64,000 nt of DNA from NCBI RefSeq assembly GCF_009914755.1, contig NC_060931.1; one strand, given 5' to 3'. Position 1 is the stretch's first letter, and each line of letters begins with the position of its first letter. Source of the stretch: the human T2T-CHM13v2.0 reference genome, Homo sapiens. Below, piece by piece: positions 55,615 through 64,000 of this stretch. Both the position numbers and the translations under genes were made by a program. The notes under the pieces are model-generated. The model was not told the origin of the DNA. It worked only from the letters and a program-made list of their open reading frames with translations, and ran no database searches.

Positions 55615-56545
55615 GAGACAACATATTTGCAAATCAACTATCTGATAAGAGTCTAATATCCAGAATATATAAAGAATTTCTACAACTCAACAACAAACAG
55701 ATAAACCAGTTTGAAAATGAGCAAATGACTTAAAGAGATGTTTCTCCAAAGAAGATATATAAATGGTCAATCTGCATTTCATTAGCCATTAGGGAAATGC
55801 AAATCAAAACTACAACAAAATACAATTTCACATCCACTAGAATGGCTATAATCAAGAAAACAGAAAGTAACAAGTATTGGTGAAGATGTGGAAAAATGGG
55901 AACTCTTGGATACTGCTGGTGAAAGTGTAAAATGGTTTATTCAGCTACTGTGGAAAACTATTTGATGGTTCCTCAAAAAGCTAAACATAGAATTACCACA
56001 TGATCCAGCAATTCCACTCCTAAGTATATTCCAAAACAGAAATTCAGACAGATATTTGTACAACAATGTTCATTGCAGACAACGTTCAAGAGTTAAAAGA
56101 TAGAAACAACCCAAGTGTCCATCAACAGATGAACCAAGAAACAAAATGTGATATATCCTTACAATGGAATATTATTCGGCCATATAAAGAATGAAGTTTT
56201 GATATGTCTAAATGAATGAACCTTAAAAATATTATGCTAAGTGAAATAAGCCAGACATAAAAGGACAAATATTGTAAGAATCTACTTATCTGAATCTCAA
56301 GAATAGGCAAATTCCTACACAGAAAGTAGAACAGCGGTTACCCAGAGCTGGGAGGAGAAGAGAATGGGGAGTTATTAATGGCAACAGAGTTTCAGTTGGG
56401 GAAGATGACAAAGTTCTGCAGATGGATGACAACTTTAGTTACACAACATCATGAGTGTAATTAATGCCACTGAATTTTACGCTTAAAATGGTTAAAATGG
56501 AAAATTTTATGTTTTATGTACTCTACCACCACAAGAATTTTTAAA
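55615..56545 (+). mobile_element. L1M (L1MB-like) ORF2 end plus 3' UTR, degraded
   Basis: atatttgcaaatca..tatctgataag..aatatccagaatatataaagaa...agggaaatgcaaatcaaaac...ccagcaattccactcct...aaacaacccaagtgtccatcaacagatgaa...ttaaaatggttaaaatgg. Confidence 0.88.
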
Positions 56546-56814
56546 TACAGACACACTGTAGTCCTCTGCCATCCAACTCTCACAATTACTGTCTGTATTT
56601 GTAAAACATGTTACAGATTAATTAATAACAAGGAAAAGGCTTATGAAACTATAATGCACTAAGAACTCTACATGAATTACCTATTCTATTTCTCTTAATA
56701 GTCTATAAGGTAGATATTATTATGATCTTTATTTTATAGACAAGAAAACTGAGTCACAGAGAGCAGGAAATCTGTCCCAGACCACAAAGTTAGTATGTAA
56801 TAGAATAGTGTTTT

Positions 56815-57715
56815 TCATCTGGTAACTTCCTAGAAATGCAAATTCTCAGACTTCACTCCAGACCTAAGGAAGCTGTGTTTAGACAAGACTGCCAGGTGAT
56901 TCTGAGGCATGGTCAAGTTTTAGAACCGCTGTAATAGAGCCAAAATCGAGTTCAGTTAAGAACCTGAACTTTCGAGTGCTGTGACAAGCAGCAGTCATTC
57001 TTAACAAAGAGCAGTGGTTCTCTCACTTAACGATGCATCAGAATCACCTGAGTGCATTCTTGCCGGGAGTGATTCTCACCTGGAGCCCATCTTGAGTAGG
57101 CTGATTTGGTGGGTCTTGGGAAGGGCTTGGTAATTTGCATTCTTAACAAGTTTCCAGGTAACACTCATAGCCCAGGGAGGACACTTTGAGAATCACTAAT
57201 ATACAGAATCTCATTATTATCCACATTTTACAGATGCGGTAACTCAAAATCCGACATTGTAAATCCTAGAACCACAAAAGGGGTTAGTTATTGGCTGGGC
57301 CTAGAGCCTCAGTCCAAAGCTTTTTTCACTACAGCATAAAGCCATCACCCCAGTGTTCCAGATGCTTCCAGGTGTCAACTTGGCACAACCTCCCTTAAAG
57401 CCAACACAGGTTGAAGACATAAAAGACGTTTTTACCCATTCCAACAAACTGGCATTAGAGTGATCTAAAAAACTAACTGGCACTTGTGCCAAAGAAACGC
57501 AGTAAGAAGACAGAAAAAGGAAGGGACAATAATAACTAGAGCCTAGTTTGGGGGTCAGGACTCTGTCACAGTGGAATCTAAAACCTGACCATGCTTCAGA
57601 ATCACTTGGTGGCCTTTTATAAACACAGGTTCCACAGGTCTGGAGTGGGACATGAGAGTTTGCATTTCTAGAAAGTTTCCAGGTACAAATGCGTTGATGC
57701 AGTTGGGAAGAACTA
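56815..57715. mobile_element. Cluster of three MER5-like hAT relics interleaved with MIR pieces
   Basis: The motif set tagaaatgcaaattctcag / cagaatcacctg / aacaagtttccaggt / tttgagaatcact recurs at about 56820-56930, 57010-57200 and 57590-57715. Confidence 0.6.
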
Positions 57716-59202
57716 GAATATGGGCCACTTCCTCTTTATTCTTATGAAATCAGTTGCCTCTTATGTAAGTGAAAGAAAATTTTCTTTCCTGCCTTGTTTG
57801 AAAAAATATGACATCATACCATCCTTTATGCACAATGCATTATCCTTCATATGTTTTATTACCATCACCTGTAATGTTCTATACATCTCCAGATTCTCCT
57901 CTTTCCAAACCATTTGTCGTCTCTGATCATGCTACTCTGCTACTCGAGAATCTTCGATGGCTCCCTATTGCCTACACAGTGAGGGACAGACTTAGCATTG
58001 TATTCAAAGACCTCCATCATCTGACTTCATGGTTTCCACTCTAATAGAACTACTCTCTATTGCCCATGCATGTCCTGTGCTTTCCTGTTGTCATGCCTTC
58101 ACCCAGTTGTTCCCTTTACCTAAGATTCCTTTTTCCTCCTTCCTTCCCCATCTCTACACTTACAAATGTGACCTGAGACTAACTATTTATTCCCTCTAGG
58201 CCTCAGTTTTCTTAAGCATAAAACAGAGATGACAGTAGGATCTTCCTTGTAGGTTGTGATGAGGAATAAGTAGAGCAATCAGTGGAACTGGTTGCCACCA
58301 CCACAAATCCCTCCTAACTTCCAAACCGAAGGGATTTCTGTCCTTCCTTTAATTTCCAGAATAATAGAACCTGTATACACATTATCATTATCATGTTCTA
58401 CTTTGCACTTGCCATAATGTTTATACCTGTATTCCCTTTGCAGCTAAGGAAACCCCATTAAGGTGAAGATATGCTTCTTATTTTCAGTTGCATGCACAGT
58501 ACTCAGCACAGTATAAACACCCACTCAAAGTAGGAGGAACAAATGATCAGGACTGTTTTACCTTAAATTGCTTCCTAGAGCTGCCCTTGCGGTGCTCTGA
58601 GGTCCCATCATAGGTAGCCAAATCCTTGGGTGGAACATAAACTCAGGAACTGGAGAGGTGCAAGGCCCCCAACATGAAAAGAATTAACTTGTCTCCAGAC
58701 ATCACCTGTTCAAAGGGTTCCCTGGAATCCACAGAGGCCAGCCTTAGCCCAATTTTCCAACCCAAGCACCTTCTAATAATTCAAGGATTCCCATCCACAT
58801 CAGGACTCCCCTGTGCTTACTTAAAACAAAAAACCTTGGCTCCACAAGAAAACCATTTTTCTCTATTTGATGCTCTGGGCCTCTGTTCTCCTTTTGCTCT
58901 GCTAGTCTAAGAAACTGCAGCTGCCCTGCCCACCTCGGGGAGCTCTGATCAGTGGAAGCCGGGCTTCTTGAGCACACAGCCTGCAGGACCAGAGAGCTCT
59001 GCTCTCCCTTCTGTGCCTGCTGCCAGCACCCAGCCCTTCCTCCCTTCACCGCCCATCTTGGAGCCATCACCTATCCCACACTAACCCACCTCCTTGAACA
59101 AGGCCACCTCATCCTCTCATCTTAGAACCAAGAACTCTGGTTTGGGACCACTTCCCACAGAACCAGACCCCTGTGGGGTTGCTCTAAAGGACAGAATAAG
59201 GA

Positions 59203-59240
59203 TATTACTATTATTATTATTATTATTATTACTATTATTA
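59203..59240. repeat. (TAT)n microsatellite
   Basis: tattactattattattattattattattactattatta. Confidence 0.9.
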
Positions 59241-61339
59241 TGTTAACAAGTCACCAGGCAACAAAGGCAATGAGATTCAAAGACATTCCTTGGTGGCTGA
59301 GTGAAGGCTGAAGAAAGGGAAATAAAATGGTTGCTTTATGAGAACTCCCAAGGCCAGCAAAGAGGAAGAAAAGAAAAAAGGCCAGTGAAGAAGAAGCCGC
59401 AGCTTGAGTGTGTGTAGTAGTAAAGAGGAGAGGGGAACAGGAATTCACACTGAAACAGAAAGCCAGTCAGCTTCAACAAGGAGAGGATACAAGACTACTT
59501 GGCTGGAACAGGGATACCTGGTGAGAAATCCAATCAGCAATTCCAGATCTTCCCTGACTCTGCTCCAAGTCTCCCCAAGTCACCAGCCCCAGGGCCACCG
59601 CCCCTACTAACTACTTCCACCATTAGACCCCCTCCCCTCTGTGAGAGGGCCCATGAAACAGCAGCAACTTCCAAGTGAGAGGAGCCAAGTGAGAGACCTG
59701 AGGTTCCTTCCACCCCAGCCCTCCCTACCCTGGCGTCCACATATCTAAGCCTGATGCAGAGACCGAGAATCTGGCTCCAGGGGCCCTGTCCACGGGTGCC
59801 TGCCCGTGAGTGTTGTGTGTGCATAGATTCTGTAGTGGCGGAATGGGGTGAGGAGGCACAAAGAGCCTCTAGCCTGAGAGCAGCCGGGAGCTGGAGCAAA
59901 TAGGATGGACACTGGGTTGGCTGGCACTCAAAGCCTTTTATTTTAGTAGTCTCCAAAAGAAGGGCTATGGAAAGAAAATACTAGAACTTCTATTTAAATC
60001 TATTTGTACCTCAAAAGACTGAAACATAACAGCTCTACTAATATTTGATATGAAGAATGGGCGCCATTACTGGGCGTGTTGAGGGGCATGGATCTTACAG
60101 GTGCCTGAGAGCAGATGGCACCATGATGCTGAGGCTGACACGGCGCCCCCATTCCTTAACCTGCCACAGTATTTAGCAAGATATGACAGTATACCTGAGC
60201 CAATTCAGGAAACTTACGATTTACTGTGTTATTTCACTTCAATAATCCAGTGTTTTAAAAACTAGGCAAGTGGCTTTAAGGCCTTCCTATCAGGAGAATA
60301 TGGATAGAAAATAACACATAAATAATGCAGGCACTGGTAATCAATAAGAAAATGAAGATGTGATCCTTCCACACCTAGTATAGATCTTCATCATCCATAT
60401 TACAAGCTGCAGGACCAACTTATCAGACCAGAAATCAACCCGTCTCCAAATAAAAAAGAAATCAAAACTATGAAGACTATTTTGATATCTGGATTTATGT
60501 TCACCATCATTAATGATGAACCTCCCAATGAGCGCTGATTTACTTACAGACAATGCCCAATGGATGGGGGCACATGCCAAAAACATCAGAGACCAAACGT
60601 CATTCCCCAACTTTGTTGAGGGTTCTCCTGGCTTGCAGAGGCAGAGGAGGGGCTGTGGTCTGGTTGGTGGGTTTCCATGGGAGAACAGCAAGAGGGGGCC
60701 ACACTCAGGAACCTCAAGACCCAGCCCTTGGTAATGGCCTTTTGTGGCTGAGGCCAATGAGCGTATCTCCCCTCCTACCCTCTTCCTCATATCAGCTGCA
60801 GAGTTGGGGCTCCAGAGGAAAGGAAAGGGGTCCCTTGGTATTCAGGACCCTGATTCATCTCATTTACCTCGATGGCAGCCGCCCCATAGCCCACACCTCA
60901 CTGTCCCACCAATTCACTAAGAAAGCCAAAAGGAAAGTGTGACCCCGAGAGAATAGAACCCAGGTCCTTTTGTTCCCAGGCTCATGCATTATACCTTGGC
61001 CAAGATCCCCTCTGCAGGCCACACAGGCAGGATCTTTTCCCGATGATTGAAAAATCAAGGCATCTTCCCCTGCACAATAGGAGCTAATTACAGAGAACTT
61101 GCCACAGGCCAGGCACGTGGCTGAACACTTGACCCCCATCATCTCCATTAATCCCCACCACAACCCTACAAGGTAGGTCTTATTACCTATTAGACAGAGG
61201 GAAAAACTGGGGTTTACAGAGAGTAGATCATTTTAAAGGCTGCAGCCCAGACTCAAAGCCAGGCTCCAGAATCTCTGCTCCCACCTCTCTCCTGCTTCCC
61301 ACAGCAATTGGGCATGCCAAACTTGGAGAAAAACTTACC

Positions 61340-61520
61340 TTCGTCTTATGACCTTGGACGAGTTACTCTCTGAACCTCGGACCCTCGTGCATAAAATGGG
61401 GTTATAATAGGACATACTGCATTGGGCTTTTGTGAAGATTAAATGAGTTAATAAGTGTAAATGCTTCAAACAGTGCTGCACACATAGTAGCTGCTGTATT
61501 CGTGTTTGCGGTTATTATTG
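61340..61520 (+). mobile_element. MIR SINE
   Basis: tgaccttggacgagttactctctgaacctcgg...taaaatggggttataatag...gtgaagattaaatgagttaata...cacatagtag. Confidence 0.8.
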
Positions 61521-64000
61521 CCATCATGACTGTGTTACATTGTTCTCCCTAGTAAGTTCAGTTTTTCTTCCCCTCGTTCCCTATAAGTGACTAATTTTTA
61601 TCCTTTTATCCTAGTCTTGATCCTTGCAACAGACCAAGGGAGAAGTTGTGCATTACAGAGGACAAAGACTAAATTCCCCTCCCTAAGCCTACCTCCACCT
61701 CTGCATGCACCCCACTGACACATAGAGGTCTCAACAAATAGAACGACGACCTCAGTGGTGCAGAAGGAAGGAGAAGGAGGCTTCTGAACAAGGCTTCCTT
61801 CAGCCCCTGCAGGGCCCCCATGTGGCACCGCCAAGCTTCTCCTCTGAGCAAACCTGCCAGATATAGGCTGATCTACCAGGGCTCCAGACACCTGGAGATT
61901 AATTAGAAGGCCAGTCCTTGGGCAAATCAGCCCAGAGGACCAGCCACAAGGAGCTGCAGAGAGAGGCTGGTAGGCTGTAATCCTAGAGCCAGCCACGGAG
62001 CTATGCCTGGTCCAGCAGCTATGGCAGTGGCAGCGACTCATACACCACCCCTAAGCGAGGAAATGCTGCCCTAAACGTATGGCTGACTTTTACAAGTCGA
62101 AGGTCCCAACTCCAGGAAGTTAGGGCAGAAAGAGACAGTCATGAGGAAAGTATTTCTGAAGAAAAGCAGATTATTTTGAGCACGAACTGCTGAGTCCCCA
62201 CTCTGTGTCAGCCTCTGCTTCTTGCCAAGGAGTGTTGCTAAGCTGATCTTCCTCCCAGGAGCATTAGGCTGATTTAAAAGATGGCAAGGAAGCAAGCAAC
62301 TAGAGAAGTCCGGGTAGCCTTGAAGCGACAGGTTACGTATAAACTGCACTTGGGGGCTGCTGCCTGGAGGAGCGAGCTTTCTTTCTGGATTCTTCCAAAG
62401 GGCAGAAGCAGGGCCTGCAAGTGGAGGTCAGAAGACAGAGATCTTGATCCTGTCTGAGACCACGCCGTCCACAGGGCCAGCCTGGCAATGGGTCAAGCTA
62501 CCCCAGACATATCCAGGCAGCAGCCAGGTGCCCTTTTCGTGTGCACCAGACTCCCCTCTAAGGCAGGAGGTTGGAGCAAGCAATGCCTAAAATGAGCTCT
62601 TGGCTGTGTCTGGCACCTACCAAGCACGACAAATGAAAACTTTGGTGGAATTAACAATCTAATGATAAGATTTGGTGGTTCTTTTTTGGCCTGACACAAT
62701 GAAAGTAGCCTCTTAGGAAGAAGCCTTAATCCTCTAAGTCCATACATTGCCCTGAAGGGGCCATTTTCAGCACCCAAGTTCCTATTTCAAAAAAGTTAAG
62801 ACGTGCTTTAAGGGCTTTAGCTAGGATTCTCTAGTTAGAGACAAACACCAGAAGCAGAACTGCAGGGTGTCTCGGGACTGAGGCACATGTGCCTGACCAG
62901 ACCCGGAAGAGGGTGGGAGGCATCTACTCAACATGCTCTACTGTGCTGCATGGAAGTGGGAGTGAGGAAGGCCAGACAGGAAGAGAGAAGTGAAGCCAGG
63001 CCCTCTGAGAGTGAGGTGTCAAATTCACAATGACAGCAAAGCCTCTGGTAAGAATGGGAGCTGGGAAATTCTTAAAAAAAGAAAGTCTTTATCTAGATCA
63101 AGCCCTTCCTCAAGCCATGACCTTCTGTTGTCAATTTCATGGAGAAGTGCACGGGCAGTGGGGGCCACCACAACCCGCACGCTCAGCCTGGACACACAGC
63201 CTGGGATCATTTATCAAACCAGCAGAGGGGAAAATCCCCCAGCACAGAGCAACTCCTCTGCAAAATGTAGAGCTTCGCTGATCCTGCCCGACCCCAAACC
63301 TGCTCACATTTCAAGTCCTCCAAGAAAAGGATCAGACAATCGCTGTCCTCTCTTGCTTCCCCTTCTCCAGTCCTCCCAATGCTGCCACCCACATGGAGGA
63401 GAAATGTGTACCAGGCTTGCAGACACAGGGTGGCAGTGGAGCCCTTGCCTGCTTCCACGAGCACCTGCACCACCTTCCTCTCATGAGCCCAGAGACATGT
63501 CAGTGTCCACACAGCAGCCCAGCAAGAGAGGAAAGGAGTCCTGGTGCTCCCGAAGCGGAGACACTCGGGCCCCATGAAGTTATATGATCAGCACAAATGC
63601 ACCGGCAAGGTCTTAGGCAGAGGCAGTCTGAAGCCTGGAGCATCACCAGCTTCACAGGAAGGGAATACCTGCTTCCAGGCAAGGTGAATGGAACTGAAGT
63701 GTCCCCACCGTCAGGAATTCAGACAGAGCAAGCACCAAGATTGTAAGTGAGCATTACTGCAAAAGCATTAAAGTTGGGGGCTATACCTAAGGCTGCCCTG
63801 GACTCCAGGCCTGGCTCTGTTATTTGCTCATTGTGTAAACCTTTGAAATTTCTGAATCTCTCAAACTTACTTTATCTATAAAATGGATTTCAAAAATAGA
63901 ATCCATCCCTCACAACTATAAGGTGTTTAGCATCTGCCCCTGCACATGATAAGCAGTGGGTATCATATTATGGCTGGAAGCACCTTCAGGCCAGGAGAGC

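Noticed and set aside
62990-63577. 195-aa ORF (also the 203-aa ORF at 30020-30631 and the 167-aa ORF at 24720-25223)
   Set aside because: No recognisable domain, near-cognate starts, and Ser/Pro/Arg-rich composition typical of chance ORFs in intronic DNA.

Overview
Primate (human-like) genomic DNA from inside PLXNA4 (plexin A4), transcribed on the minus strand. The window has the first coding exon (acceptor 34057, ATG 33971, donor 32784; codons 1-396) and the next exon (14757-14575; codons 397-457). It also has an alternative terminal exon that the ORF track misses in its true frame (10296-10099, 65 aa, AATAAA at 10063-10058). Splicing to that exon gives a 522-aa protein with a signal peptide, a truncated Sema domain and no transmembrane segment. 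The promoter, exon 1 and the downstream canonical exons are outside the window. The rest is intron, with about 14 Alus, MaLR/ERVL LTRs, L1, L2, MIR and DNA-transposon relics, microsatellites, a perfect 97-bp tandem duplication and several repeat-free, motif-dense patches that may be enhancers. Nearly all other ORFs in the track look like chance or Alu-derived ORFs. I found no evidence of a wholly new biological system. The most interesting theme is several routes to soluble Sema-only PLXNA4 products. One is directly visible and, as I recall, already annotated; the others are inference, including a back-splice junction that would create an in-frame stop codon. Repeat family names come from recalled consensus sequences, not from a search, and old-repeat boundaries are approximate.
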